Of a stretch of DNA of 64,000 nt, positions 1-10,583 are shown in pieces (within the stretch, counting starts at the first letter, position 1; each line of letters opens with the position of its first letter). Source of the DNA: an uncultured candidate division Zixibacteria bacterium (lineage in GTDB: Bacteria; Zixibacteria; MSB-5A5; GN15; PGXB01). The translations under genes and the position numbers were made by a program. Below the pieces are notes generated by a model, which was not told the origin of the DNA, did no database searches, and saw only the letters and a list, made by a program, of their open reading frames with translations. The stretch covers positions 3,040,001 to 3,104,000 of the forward strand of contig OY969724.1 of the NCBI GenBank assembly GCA_963702205.1. Reading direction: 5' to 3'.

Positions 1-1
1 A

Positions 2-1450
2 TTGCGCATAAATGAACCGGGGACGTTTTGCATCGACTCCATCGACCACCCTCAGTCAACTTATGACTGGCTCTGGCTGACACCATCGGTGCCGGAATTC
101 AACGGTCCGTACTGCTGGATAATCACCGATTGCCCCAATCAGGACGGCGACACCCTGTGTGACTTTGAGGATGACTGCCCGGACGATTTCGACAACGATC
201 AGGCCGATACCGATCTGGACATGCACGGCGATGCCTGCGATAACTGCCCGGATGAATATAATCCCGATCAGGCCGACCGCGATGAAGACGGCGTGGGCGA
301 CCTCTGCGATAATTGCCCGGATTCGGCCAATACCGATCAGGGAGATGACGATGACGACGGCGTCGGCAATGCCTGCGATATCTGTCCCGGATATGACGAT
401 TTGATCGACACGGATGGCGACGGTGTCCCCGATGGCTGCGATTTGTGCGAGGGCTTTAATGATTCCATTGATGTCGACGAAGACGGCGCCCCCGATAGCT
501 GTGACAATTGTCCGGGCCTGTCGAATCCCGATCAGGCCGATGACGATCAGGACGGCGTCGGCAACGCCTGCGATATCTGCCCCGGTTTTGATGATACAAT
601 CGACACGGACGGCGACGGCATCCCCGATGGCTGCGATCTGTGTGAAGGCTTTGATGACTCCATCGACGAAGACAATGACGGCGCACCGGATGGTTGCGAT
701 AACTGCCTCGGTTTAGCGAATCCCGATCAAGCCGATGACGATCAGGACGGCGTCGGCAACGACTGCGATATTTGTCCCGGCTATGATGATTCAATCGACA
801 CGGATGGCGATGGCGTTCCCAATGGCTGCGATTTGTGCGAGGGTTTCGATGATTCAATAGACGAAGACGCCGACGGAGCCATCGACGGCTGCGATAATTG
901 TCCCGGTCAGTACAATCCCAGGCAGGCTGATAATGATGGCGACGGTTTGGGCGAAGTCTGCGACCCCTGCGACAGCTATTTACCGGTTATTACCGCCGTC
1001 GAAGGTCCAGTCGGTGTCATCTGGGGCGGACGCTATTCATACGTTCCTGAAGTAACCGACCCCGATAACATAGAATTCACTTATGAATACCCAGCGAAAC
1101 CATATTGGTGCACAATTGCCAACGATACCATCTGGGGCATCGCTCCTGATTCGGCCCTCACTGAAACCCTGACCGTCGTCGCGTGGGATTGGTGCCAGGC
1201 CGACACCATGAGTTTCCTCATCGCCGTTTACAAATGCGGGGACGTTTATCCCGACGGATCGGTGGATTTGCTTGATATATTATTTTTAATCGACAACATC
1301 TACGGCGCCCCACCCGGACCCCCGTCCCTGCCTCCGGCCGCGTCCGATGTCAACAACGACGGTGGTATCAACCTGATAGATATATTGTACCTTATAGATT
1401 CGGTGTACGGTACACCCCACGGTCCCGACCCCGTTTGCCCGGACTCCTAA
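2..1450 (+). CDS. Thrombospondin type-3 (Ca-binding) repeat protein with C-terminal dockerin-like domain; 5' truncated by window edge
   Basis: Many DxDxDGxxDxCDxCP repeats; C-terminal duplicated D-x-x-x-D-G-x-x-x-L-x-D-I-L motif capped by Cys (YKCGD...PVCP). Confidence 0.85.
   Translation: MRINEPGTFCIDSIDHPQSTYDWLWLTPSVPEFNGPYCWIITDCPNQDGDTLCDFEDDCPDDFDNDQADTDLDMHGDACDNCPDEYNPDQADRDEDGVGDLCDNCPDSANTDQGDDDDDGVGNACDICPGYDDLIDTDGDGVPDGCDLCEGFNDSIDVDEDGAPDSCDNCPGLSNPDQADDDQDGVGNACDICPGFDDTIDTDGDGIPDGCDLCEGFDDSIDEDNDGAPDGCDNCLGLANPDQADDDQDGVGNDCDICPGYDDSIDTDGDGVPNGCDLCEGFDDSIDEDADGAIDGCDNCPGQYNPRQADNDGDGLGEVCDPCDSYLPVITAVEGPVGVIWGGRYSYVPEVTDPDNIEFTYEYPAKPYWCTIANDTIWGIAPDSALTETLTVVAWDWCQADTMSFLIAVYKCGDVYPDGSVDLLDILFLIDNIYGAPPGPPSLPPAASDVNNDGGINLIDILYLIDSVYGTPHGPDPVCPDS
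356..940 (+). repeat. Three intragenic 195-nt (65-aa) tandem units
   Basis: gacggcgtcggcaa recurs at 356, 551 and 746. Confidence 0.85.
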
Positions 1451-1457
1451 ATCCGCG

Positions 1458-2627
1458 TTATTTTTCAGTGATCCGCCTGAAATTTTCGGGATCGGTATCA
1501 CCTTCCGTATTTAATACCAAAATATTTGAATTTGAATCGAGTCCAAGAAAATCTCGCGCACCTTCCAGCTCGTTGTCCTCGATCACAGCCAAAAGCGCCG
1601 CCAGTCCGGCTGCTCCCGATTCTCCCGACATTATCCGAGGATCATCGCCAGAAGGATTATAATACGTCCGCATCGCATCGCGGGCTCGGTTGTCCGGAAT
1701 ACCGAGGAACAAATCGAAACTGTTCTTTATAATCGGCCAGGCCGTCAGCGATGGCGTCGCGCAGTTCAAACCGACCATTATAGAGTCCTGCCGCCCGTCC
1801 GATATAACCGGCTCTCCCTTTTCGATTGATTCTAAAACACAAGCCGCCTGCAACGGCTCCACCGACACGAGTTTTATAATACGATCAGGATATTCGCGGC
1901 GATAATAGTATCCCGCCGATGCCGCCAGCGCCCCCACTCCCGCTTGCACGATGACAATATCGGGAATCAGGTCGCCCTGCTCGGAGATTTCGTCGAACAT
2001 GGTCAGATAACCGGCCATAATCCATCGCGGTATTTTTTTGTAACCGGGCCACGATGTATCGGAAATTATATGCCAGCCGTGCACTTCAGCATCATGCCTG
2101 CATTGCGCGACCGCCGCATCGTAATCACCGTCGACTATTCGCACGTCGGCGCCTTCACGTTTGATATTTTCTATTCTGGCCGGGGCGGATTTCCCGGGCA
2201 TATAAATAATCGACCTTTGCTTCAAAAGCCGCGCCACCCAGGGTACGCCCCTCCCGTGATTGCCATCGGTGGCGGTGCAGAACGTGAAGCTTCCGGTGGC
2301 GATAAAATCGGAGGCCTTATAGAACAAGTCCGCCCTGGGGCATGTCTTGCCGAATGATTCCAGGTGTTCTTTGATAAATCTGTATATGGCATAAGTCGAT
2401 CCCAGCGCTTTGAAAGCTTTAAGCCCGAACCGGTGAGATTCATCCTTAACCAGAATATTACCGACGCCTATACTATGAGCCTGTTCCGGCAGTGCCATCA
2501 ATGGCGTCAAAGTGTACGCATCAAGCGATCGGTGCAGGGACCTGACGTCTTCCCGGTCCGGATTGAATTCTTCTTGAGCTGCCCGATTCTCCGAACGGGC
2601 GAATGGATTGACGACGAACCGGCTCAC
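1458..2627 (-). CDS. dpaL: Diaminopropionate ammonia-lyase (PLP-dependent)
   Basis: KDESHRFGLKAFKALG PLP-lysine motif, TATDGNHGRG, GESGAAG, NTEGDTDP. Confidence 0.9.
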   Translation of the reverse strand: MSRFVVNPFARSENRAAQEEFNPDREDVRSLHRSLDAYTLTPLMALPEQAHSIGVGNILVKDESHRFGLKAFKALGSTYAIYRFIKEHLESFGKTCPRADLFYKASDFIATGSFTFCTATDGNHGRGVPWVARLLKQRSIIYMPGKSAPARIENIKREGADVRIVDGDYDAAVAQCRHDAEVHGWHIISDTSWPGYKKIPRWIMAGYLTMFDEISEQGDLIPDIVIVQAGVGALAASAGYYYRREYPDRIIKLVSVEPLQAACVLESIEKGEPVISDGRQDSIMVGLNCATPSLTAWPIIKNSFDLFLGIPDNRARDAMRTYYNPSGDDPRIMSGESGAAGLAALLAVIEDNELEGARDFLGLDSNSNILVLNTEGDTDPENFRRITEK

Positions 2628-3705
2628 TACTTTTTCGATATAGCTATAATGACAATGCCGATCAGCAAGAACGCCGCGTTGACCGCCCAGGCGGCAATAT
2701 CCGGGCCAAGACGTCCGCTGTACCCCAGCGACTGCACCACCTTAAAGCTGACAAAATAAGTCAGTGCAATGCCGGACCCGATTGCAAACGACACCGCTAC
2801 CCCGCCCCGTTTGGGATTCGACGCTATCGGGACGCAAATCAATATGACTATGAACGAAGCGAACGGGTACGCCAATTTAAGTTTCAGATCGACAAGCTCG
2901 CGCCGGTACGGTCCCCCCGTACGTTTCATCAGGTCGATATACCGCTGGAGCTCGGAGTACCCATATCTTCGGGGTTCCCTATCGGAATCTCGAAATCGGC
3001 CGGTTTGTCTTCGATGTACGCCGCCGACAGCGAATCGAACGTGACATACGTCTCGCCCGAATCGGAGAAATCCCGTTTGACGCCGTCGTAAAGCATCCAG
3101 TTTTGACTGGTAAACTTGATTTTGTCGGCGGTGATAATCTCACGCAGGCGGTTCTTGTCGGATTTGTATATTTTTACATCGTCGCCTTCACGCCGGGGAA
3201 TGTTGTACGACGTAATCACGTAAAACAGGTTTTTATTGACCTGGCGATATATATTATGAGTGGACATGGTCGCCCCGCGCGATTTTTTCCGAATGACGAA
3301 TTCGTGCATTTCCACCCGTTTCTTGTTGGGGCCGGGGAATATCACCTCGTTGAAATAAATATCCCCGAGGCTCAAACAAAAGGTGAAAGCCAAAATCGGG
3401 GCCGCAATGCGGTACAAAGAAATCCCGCTGCTTTTCATGGCCAGAAGTTCATTGCGGCGAGCCAGGATGCCGATCGATATCAACGCCGCCAGCAAAACGA
3501 ACACCGGCAAAAACGACTTCACGACCCAAAATGTGAAATATGTATAGTACAAGACAATCTGGCCGAGGGGCACGTCGTTGTCGATAAACCGTCGCAGTTC
3601 CTCGACCATATTGATGGCCACTATCAACAGACCGAAGGCGAAAGTGACAAGCAGCAGCGCGGAAACGAAATATCTTAATAAATATCTATCGACAACTTTG
3701 AACAT
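2627..3705 (-). pseudogene. lptG: LPS export permease LptG, split by a 1-nt frameshift near 2960 (probably a sequencing error)
   Basis: MFKVVDRYLL start and NELLAMKSSGISLYR in ORF 2929-3777; KLAYPFASF...AAW in ORF 2627-2929; adding one base gives continuous PEDMGYSELQRYIDLMKRTG; directly downstream of lptF. Confidence 0.8.
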
Positions 3706-3706
3706 G

Positions 3707-5026
3707 TTATCTCCTGAAAAACGAGAAAAGCGGTTTTTCGGAAATAACTTTGACCAACAGGTACAACCCCGCGGCACCGATTAAGAAATTCGCACTCCAC
3801 ATCGCCCAAAACGGTGACACCATCCCCCGATCGGCCAGGTCTTCCCCGCCAATCAGAAACGCCCAGTAGACGGTAAATACCAAAAGCGATACGGTCGCCG
3901 CGATCCCCATGCCGCCCCGCCGCGACAATATCGCGATCGGCGCCCCGAACAGCACGAACGCAATCGACGCCGCCGGAATCGAGTACTTCTTATATATTTC
4001 AATCAGGTACTTGTCCATCACACGATGCTGTTGGTTGATTTGTTCCGCGTCGTTTTTCATTCTGGTATACATGCTTTTCATATCGGTCTTGAGATAACCC
4101 AGCGCTTTTATGTCATCCATTTCCCTACCGGCCGGATAGTCCAACGAATCGGAGAACAGGAATTTCAGTTTATTATCAACGTTGATGTCTATTTTTTTGA
4201 CGAACGGCTCGCCCGCGCTTTCCGATTTGGCGACCACATCACGCATTTCCGAAATATTCATTTCACGATCGGTCTTTACGTTGGAAGGCGTCTGTTTCAG
4301 TTCGGAACCGACACCGCCGACGTTTATCACCTGTTCGGTAAAATTCACCCGCCGATAATTTTCGGGGTGCTTTTTATCGAGCATATGTATTTCGCCGTCA
4401 TAGAGCGTGAACTGAACCGTCTGGCCGTCGTCCAAAAATTTCATCAGTCCGGATTTGGCCACGATTATGCGCGGCTCATTGGGGTTTTTGACGTCGCTGA
4501 TACGAATCCCCTCGACTTCCGACGTAACATGATCGATTTTGTCGATCAGGATTATATAGCCGGTGATGTCGGTAATAAACACCCCGGCGCGGAAAGTCAA
4601 AGTCGGCCGCATGGCGCTGATGTCCCCGGCCAGAACCCTGGCCCGGTGATTCAGTTCAGGCAAAATTTTATCGCTGAATCTGACCATTCCGAGAGCCAGC
4701 ACCGCCGATGCGATCAGAAGCGGGATCAAGACCCTTAATAAATTAACTCCCGAGGACTTTATCGCCACGATTTCACTGTCCGACGTCAACCGCCCGAAAG
4801 CCATGAGAGTCGCCACCAGCACCGCCATAGGCACCGATAAGGCGATCATCCAGGCCAGGTTGAGAAAGATCAATTCCAGCACGACCCAGAATTTGATGTC
4901 CTTATCGATCACCAGCTCGACGATTTTCGGTATCGTCTCAAGGATCAGAATGAAAGTTATAATGAATACCGCGAAAATAAACGGCGGGATATGCTCTTTG
5001 AGTATGTAGCGGTTGAGAATTTTCAT
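3707..5026 (-). CDS. lptF: LPS export permease LptF (YjgP/YjgQ family)
   Basis: MKILNRYILKE start, FGRLTSDSEIVAIKSSG, EIYKKYSIP, paired with lptG. Confidence 0.85.
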   Translation of the reverse strand: MKILNRYILKEHIPPFIFAVFIITFILILETIPKIVELVIDKDIKFWVVLELIFLNLAWMIALSVPMAVLVATLMAFGRLTSDSEIVAIKSSGVNLLRVLIPLLIASAVLALGMVRFSDKILPELNHRARVLAGDISAMRPTLTFRAGVFITDITGYIILIDKIDHVTSEVEGIRISDVKNPNEPRIIVAKSGLMKFLDDGQTVQFTLYDGEIHMLDKKHPENYRRVNFTEQVINVGGVGSELKQTPSNVKTDREMNISEMRDVVAKSESAGEPFVKKIDINVDNKLKFLFSDSLDYPAGREMDDIKALGYLKTDMKSMYTRMKNDAEQINQQHRVMDKYLIEIYKKYSIPAASIAFVLFGAPIAILSRRGGMGIAATVSLLVFTVYWAFLIGGEDLADRGMVSPFWAMWSANFLIGAAGLYLLVKVISEKPLFSFFRR

Positions 5027-5137
5027 ATTGGCAACCAATATAGCCTTATACAAAATAGGATCAAAGAAAAATTCCTTTTGCGGTGGCACAAGGCTGACTA
5101 TATTGATATATTGATTCAATCACGACAGGGATAAGAC

Positions 5138-6064
5138 ATGATCAAAGACTTTAATATAAACGAAACAATCACCGCCTTTCTGGCGATCCGACGATCCGAC
5201 GTTCGCGAATACAACGCCACGACTTTTATAACTTATGAATTCGGCGACGCCTCCGGACGCATTGCCGGCGTCTGGTGGGAGCCGGAAAGATCCGCGGTCG
5301 ATGAACTCGCTGAAGGCGACGTCGTCAAGGTGCGCGGGATTGTCCAGGAATATCGCGGCAAACTGCAGGTGCGGGTCGCGAAATTGCGACGGGCCGATCC
5401 GGGCGAATACGATCTCGCCGACATCCTCGCCCATTCCGCCTTTTCCAAAGAAGAACTTAAGGGCCGAATTCTCGCCATGACCGAGAAGATCGAAAACAGT
5501 TACGTCAAAACTTTGACGGATTCTTTCTGGAAGGATGAGAAATTCTTCAATGACTATCTTATGGCCGCGGCGGGCAAACTCTGGCACCACGCATTTATCG
5601 GGGGTTTGGCTGAACACTCCCTCAATGTGACAGAATTATGTCTGGATATGGCCCGGCGCTATCCCAACCTCGAACGCGACCACTTGATTTTCGGCGGGCT
5701 CTTTCACGACGTCGGAAAAATCGACCAGTATATCATAACCTCGTATATCGACTATTCCGATGAAGGCCGGCTGGTCGGGCACATAAATACCGGCGACTAC
5801 CTCGTGACATCACACGCCGCGAAAATCGACAATTTTCCAGCGGAACTCCTGATGCGCCTGAGGCATCTTCTTCTGGCCCACCACGGCCAGAAAGAATTCG
5901 GCTCCCCGGTCGTGCCGATGACTCCCGAAGCCTTCATCCTCAATTTTGTCGACGAAATAGATTCCAAGATGGGTGCGCTGGAACGCATCCGCGCGAAAAC
6001 CGGGTCGGGCTGGTCGGAATACGTCAACCTCCTCGATCGAATGCTCTATTTCGGCAAAGAATAG
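5138..6064 (+). CDS. yhaM: OB-fold + HD domain 3'-5' exoribonuclease (YhaM/Cbf1 family)
   Basis: DASGRI OB fold, HHAFIGGLAEHS, FHDVGK, HHG..EFGSPVVP.TPEA. Confidence 0.85.
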   Translation: MIKDFNINETITAFLAIRRSDVREYNATTFITYEFGDASGRIAGVWWEPERSAVDELAEGDVVKVRGIVQEYRGKLQVRVAKLRRADPGEYDLADILAHSAFSKEELKGRILAMTEKIENSYVKTLTDSFWKDEKFFNDYLMAAAGKLWHHAFIGGLAEHSLNVTELCLDMARRYPNLERDHLIFGGLFHDVGKIDQYIITSYIDYSDEGRLVGHINTGDYLVTSHAAKIDNFPAELLMRLRHLLLAHHGQKEFGSPVVPMTPEAFILNFVDEIDSKMGALERIRAKTGSGWSEYVNLLDRMLYFGKE

Positions 6065-6075
6065 CTGCAAATCCA

Positions 6076-6807
6076 ATGTCGTGTCAGAACGAGATCATTC
6101 TAAAGGTAGAGAACGTCTTTCGCACCGTTACAAAAAATGGTGCTTCGATTAAAACCGTTAATGGTATTTCGTACGAATTTCATAAAGGCACCATATATAA
6201 CATCGTCGGGCCGTCGGGATCGGGTAAGACATCATTCCTCAGGCTTTTAAACCGCCTCGATGATCCCACCGAAGGCACGATATTTTTTCAAGATAAGCCC
6301 CTCGATTCGTACCCCCCGACCGAGCTGCGTCAAAAAGTTTCGATGCTATTCCAGTCACCGTACCTTTTCGAGGGTACTGTAGGCGACAACCTGAAGTACT
6401 GCTGCCAGGATAATGACAAGTCCATAAATGGTATTTTACCTCAAGTCGGATTAAAACACGACTTCGTTTACAAACAGGCCGAAGACATCTCCGGCGGAGA
6501 GAAGCAGCGGGTGGCACTCGCCAGAGCTTTATTGTTGAACCCGGAAGTGCTTTTGCTCGACGAACCAACCGCTTCGCTGGATCCGACCCTGTCGCAATCC
6601 ATTGAAAGGTTAATTCTGAGATTGACACAAGACTTGTGTCTGACGACTATTATGGTAACCCACGACCCGGAGCAGGCCCGGAGGCTCGGCGGTCAGACCC
6701 TGCTTCTGGTCGAAGGCAAACTGGTCGAAACCGGCCCGACCGAGCACGTTTTAAACGATCCGGAAACCGATCTCGCCAGGAAATATATCAACCGGGAGCT
6801 GATATGA
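6076..6807 (+). CDS. ABC transporter ATP-binding protein (FetA/YbbL-like)
   Basis: GPSGSGKT Walker A, ISGGEKQR signature, LLLDEPT Walker B; ATGA-coupled to permease. Confidence 0.85.
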   Translation: MSCQNEIILKVENVFRTVTKNGASIKTVNGISYEFHKGTIYNIVGPSGSGKTSFLRLLNRLDDPTEGTIFFQDKPLDSYPPTELRQKVSMLFQSPYLFEGTVGDNLKYCCQDNDKSINGILPQVGLKHDFVYKQAEDISGGEKQRVALARALLLNPEVLLLDEPTASLDPTLSQSIERLILRLTQDLCLTTIMVTHDPEQARRLGGQTLLLVEGKLVETGPTEHVLNDPETDLARKYINRELI

Positions 6808-7559
6808 TCGAGACGGGTTATCTTCAGGTTCTGGCCGCCGCCGCGCTGGCGCTTCTGGCTTTCATCCTCGCCAAAATTAAGTCAATTCCGGTGGAAAAAG
6901 AGATCGCCTTCGGGTCGGTGCGGGCGTTCGTGCAGTTGGTTGCGGTCGGTTACGCTCTCGATTTTATTTTCAAGCTGGAATCGATTTGGCTGATAAGTCT
7001 GGCGGTGGCGATTATGATCGTCGTCGGTTCATACACGGCTTCACAGCGTCTGCCCAAATCCAAAAAACCATTTACGGTCTCGCTGATAGCCATCACGTCG
7101 GGTTCGGTCATCACGCTGGTCCTGATGCTGCTTCTCGATATAATCAAAGTCGAGGCGCGCTATATCATACCGCTGTCGGGTATGATCATCTCAAACTCCA
7201 TGAACGGCGGTGCGGTGGCGTTCGACCGTATCGGCTCGGACCTCAAGTCCAACCGTCTGGCGGTCGAAACCTCGCTCGCTCTCGGCAAAGACTGGCGCGA
7301 AGCCTCGCGCAAATTCTATCGGACCGCCATACGGGCCGGTATGATCTCGATTTTAAATTTCCTGAAGACCGTCGGTATCGTCGCCCTTCCGGGCGCTATG
7401 ACGGGCATGATTCTGGCCGGGGCGTCACCGCTCGACGCCGTCTTGATTCAGATTGTCGTGGGGTACATGCTTCTGTCGGCGGTAACCATCACGACTATTA
7501 TTTCGGTCGAGCTGGCAATTCGTCAATATTTTAACAGCGCGGAACAATTTACGGGCTGA
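6804..7559 (+). CDS. fetB: ABC permease, FetB/YbbM (UPF0014) family
   Basis: RAFVQLVAVGY, RYIIPLSGMIISNSM, GIVALPGAMTGMILAGASP; ATG at 6804 overlaps the upstream stop. Confidence 0.8.
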   Translation: MIETGYLQVLAAAALALLAFILAKIKSIPVEKEIAFGSVRAFVQLVAVGYALDFIFKLESIWLISLAVAIMIVVGSYTASQRLPKSKKPFTVSLIAITSGSVITLVLMLLLDIIKVEARYIIPLSGMIISNSMNGGAVAFDRIGSDLKSNRLAVETSLALGKDWREASRKFYRTAIRAGMISILNFLKTVGIVALPGAMTGMILAGASPLDAVLIQIVVGYMLLSAVTITTIISVELAIRQYFNSAEQFTG

Positions 7560-7641
7560 ATTGACTTGATTTTGGACCGAATTTGAATAAATTGGGGCCT
7601 TAACCGATAAGGCTTCAAAAATTATCGGTTTCTTTTTAGAC

Positions 7642-7733
7642 GGAGAGGTGTCCGAGTTGGCCGAAGGAGCACGCCTGGAAAGTGTGTAGGGGTGATAAGC
7701 CCCTCCAGGGTTCGAATCCCTGCCTCTCCGCCA
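7642..7733 (+). tRNA. tRNA-Ser(GGA)
   Basis: GGAGAGG/CCTCTCC acceptor stem, anticodon arm CACGC-CTGGAAA-GTGTG, long variable arm, GGTTCGAATCC T-arm, encoded CCA. Confidence 0.95.
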
Positions 7734-7767
7734 TATTTTGTTACACAAAATATGGAGAACTTAAATT

Positions 7768-7790
7768 CCGACATTGAATGTCGGGCCACC
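7768..7790. repeat. REP-like palindrome CCGACAT-tga-ATGTCGG-gccacc, copy 1
   Basis: 22/23 identical to the copy at 8814-8836. Confidence 0.75.
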
Positions 7791-7812
7791 TTGAGTTGGT
7801 AGTAAAAGTGAG

Positions 7813-8268
7813 ATGAAATCTATTCCTTTCAGACACTCCGCAGGATTCGGTAAGAGAATCGAGTATTGGATTATAGGAAATATGCTTAAGGAAGGTTTGG
7901 ATATATATGTTCCTATGGTGGATGATTTTGGCATAGATGCCATAATTAGAAAACAAGATGGAACATTTGTAGAAGTTCAAATCAAGGCCAGGTCAAAAGA
8001 CGTTATTTTTGGTGATGCTGCATTATTTGCAGCAATAACTCACACAAAACGTGATAACTACTATTTTGTGTTCTACTCAGAGCGAATGGACTTAATTTGG
8101 ATTCTATCATCTGAGGAATTTATTAGGGAATCTGTATTAAATAAGACAGAAAAAAACAAAGGCAAACGATCGATTTGGTTTAATGGTAAACGAACCGCAT
8201 CAAAAATAGAAGTTCCCAAGCCACAGTATAATAAGTACATTTCAGATAATTTTGATAGATTTAAGTAG
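7813..8268 (+). CDS. PD-(D/E)XK nuclease-like protein, AT-rich
   Basis: E...VDDFGID...FVEVQIK motif pattern of the restriction-endonuclease-like fold. Confidence 0.65.
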   Translation: MKSIPFRHSAGFGKRIEYWIIGNMLKEGLDIYVPMVDDFGIDAIIRKQDGTFVEVQIKARSKDVIFGDAALFAAITHTKRDNYYFVFYSERMDLIWILSSEEFIRESVLNKTEKNKGKRSIWFNGKRTASKIEVPKPQYNKYISDNFDRFK

Positions 8269-8401
8269 TGGTTAGTCCGGGTAGATCACACTAATTCGCG
8301 GCGTGACATTCTTATTAATCGCGAAATTTATTAAGCCAAATATGCACGCAAAATTACTGTCACAAACGTAACACTAATATGATATCGGGGCACGCGCAAA
8401 T

Positions 8402-8782
8402 ATGAATCATGACAATCAATCCAACGAGAAAACCTTAAGTCCGTGGAATTCGCCTTATGATCTGGCTTGCACCGTTCTGGCCATAACCCTGGGTCTCGCT
8501 GTTGGCTGGCTCGATCTGCAAGTCACGGAGGTTTCCGTGACAATCCTCGCGCTGCTCACTGCTTCACTTCTGCTCGGTTTGCTCCGGCCAGCAGCGGCGT
8601 GGCGGTGGCCGATATTGATCGCGATTGGTTTGCCGATAATGGCGGCGGTTGCCGTCGTTATTGGTATGAAGACTGTCGAACCCGTTCAGATCGACTTCCG
8701 CATTACGCTGGCTGCACTGGCTATCGCGCTGATAGGATCATACATCGGGGTCTTCATACGATACACAGTGCGTAGCAAATAA
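8402..8782 (+). CDS. Small hypothetical membrane protein (about 4 TM)
   Basis: Four hydrophobic segments, ATG start. Confidence 0.6.
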   Translation: MNHDNQSNEKTLSPWNSPYDLACTVLAITLGLAVGWLDLQVTEVSVTILALLTASLLLGLLRPAAAWRWPILIAIGLPIMAAVAVVIGMKTVEPVQIDFRITLAALAIALIGSYIGVFIRYTVRSK

Positions 8783-8813
8783 TATAAAAACTCGGAATAG
8801 GTTAACAAGAACC

Positions 8814-8836
8814 CCGACATAGAATGTCGGGCCACC
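8814..8836. repeat. REP-like palindrome CCGACAT-aga-ATGTCGG-gccacc, copy 2
   Basis: Direct repeat of 7768-7790. Confidence 0.75.
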
Positions 8837-8965
8837 CGGCCAATTGGAGGTCGTGAGCCATGTATGCACTATTTAACTTGCCCACTATCCCAATATTCCA
8901 ATGATCGTCCCGGATGTTTGAAAAAACTGTAAATGTGCAGGCCTCGTTCTGAGTAGACCGCAATA

Positions 8966-9340
8966 TTATTGCACAATAACAGTCCCGGTCATACTGGGAT
9001 GAACCGTACAGTGATAAGGATAAGTGCCGGCTGTGTTGAACGTATGCTCATACGTATTACCCGACGATAGCAGGGCACTATTCAACTCATTCCCGGTATC
9101 GGATGTAACCGTATGGCTGACATTATCGTCGTTTCTCCAAACGACTTTGTCCCCGACTGAGACAGTGATCGATGATGACACAAAACTTAGATTGTCGATA
9201 ACCACGGTATTGCCGCTGTTGGTGTTCTGCGAAGAACCCGTTGTATTGTTATCTTTGCTGCTGCACCCGACGAATATACCCCACCCGGCGGTCAATGCTA
9301 ACACGCCGACAACTGCCAATTGCAACGCTGAGCGTTTCAC
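8966..9340 (-). CDS. Cupredoxin (plastocyanin/amicyanin-like) lipoprotein
   Basis: GAGGAG RBS before GTG at 9340, lipobox FVGC, type-1 Cu ligands H(TVT)...C-TV-H-PS-M. Confidence 0.85.
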   Translation of the reverse strand: MKRSALQLAVVGVLALTAGWGIFVGCSSKDNNTTGSSQNTNSGNTVVIDNLSFVSSSITVSVGDKVVWRNDDNVSHTVTSDTGNELNSALLSSGNTYEHTFNTAGTYPYHCTVHPSMTGTVIVQ

Positions 9341-9463
9341 GATATTTTTCTCCTCAGAATTTAATGGCGGTATCAACTGCCTATTGAAACAAGATCTGAT
9401 TACTCCCGGTTCCACGGCAGAATGAAGTTCTTATTACAACGGCACCCGGCGGCGAGCAATTTT

Positions 9464-10135
9464 TTATTTTGGTCCGGGGTGGTCCGATGGACTGGCTATC
9501 AATATTTCCGACGTTATCCCCCAACTGGTAACGATATTTCGATATTCCGTTTTAAAGCCACACTGGCCCACTATCGTTTCCAGTTGAACCGGACGACATC
9601 CTCCCACCAAACGAGGACTTAGTTTGAATAACAGAGACCACAAAAGCGACACCGTCCTTGAGAAATAAGTCTTGCCAATGGTAAGGCTGACAAGACAGAG
9701 CTTCCCTCCCGGTGAAAGGACCCTTCTGGATTCATAAAGCGCCAGGCTGATGTCGGACATCGACAGTAAGTCAAATACGTATGCGGAGATTACGCGGTCG
9801 ATAGAGTTTTCGGCTGCCGGGAAATCAATCGATCCATCCGATAAGATAATATTGGCTCGATCATTAAAGGGAAATAGACGTTGACATGCGATATCCACCA
9901 TGGTTTGGCTGATGTCGAGACCGATATATGACGCCGAGGGTTGAAGGTATTTCTCAAACAGTTTCAGTGCAAAGCGACCTGTCCCGGTGCCGAATTCCAA
10001 CACGCTTTTCGCGATTCCAAATTCGGCGTGCGCAATTAGATATTCCAACGCTGCGTCTTCATAAAAAGACTGGCTGTCCTGTTTGACACCAAAACGGTTA
10101 TAATAGGCCCTGGCCTCGGAATGTGTCATAACCAT
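9464..10135 (-). CDS. Class I SAM-dependent methyltransferase
   Basis: VLEFGTGTG motif I, GLDIS, RVLSPGG. Confidence 0.85.
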   Translation of the reverse strand: MVMTHSEARAYYNRFGVKQDSQSFYEDAALEYLIAHAEFGIAKSVLEFGTGTGRFALKLFEKYLQPSASYIGLDISQTMVDIACQRLFPFNDRANIILSDGSIDFPAAENSIDRVISAYVFDLLSMSDISLALYESRRVLSPGGKLCLVSLTIGKTYFSRTVSLLWSLLFKLSPRLVGGCRPVQLETIVGQCGFKTEYRNIVTSWGITSEILIASPSDHPGPK

Positions 10136-10565
10136 TGCTTACTTCCCTTAAGCTCAGCAAAAACACGTGTTTATTAAAACACTTTTATCCTGCGCTGTGT
10201 TTCCAGACTATGATCGCCATCTGAATTCCTTATCAGGTCCTCGTTTAAAGGACAATGCGGGTTAAGCAGAATGACGAGTCCATAAACCGGACAAACACAA
10301 TTCTGACAAGATCCTTAAGATCGTAATAGTCCGGCTAAATGAAGTTGCCCTGCTGCTATCATTGACCGACAAAATAGATTCTGGAATCATCCCTCGAAAA
10401 AATGACGTGACGGCATAAAAACCCGGCCAGGAAATATGATGGCATTATCAAGATTTAGGAAGTATCACCAAAACTGACCCAATCAAAAAATCGACTAATC
10501 CTGTACACTTTTATATGGCTTTTCCCGGCGCTCTTCCTGACTTTTCCTTCGTAATTTTAGTATTA

Positions 10566-10583
10566 ATGTGAAAAATAACACAA
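10566..10583. promoter_or_regulatory. Possible Rex-like operator upstream of the cytochrome operon
   Basis: ATGTGAA-aaat-AACACAA matches 11/14 of TTGTGAA-N4-TTCACAA, in AT-rich DNA. Confidence 0.25.
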
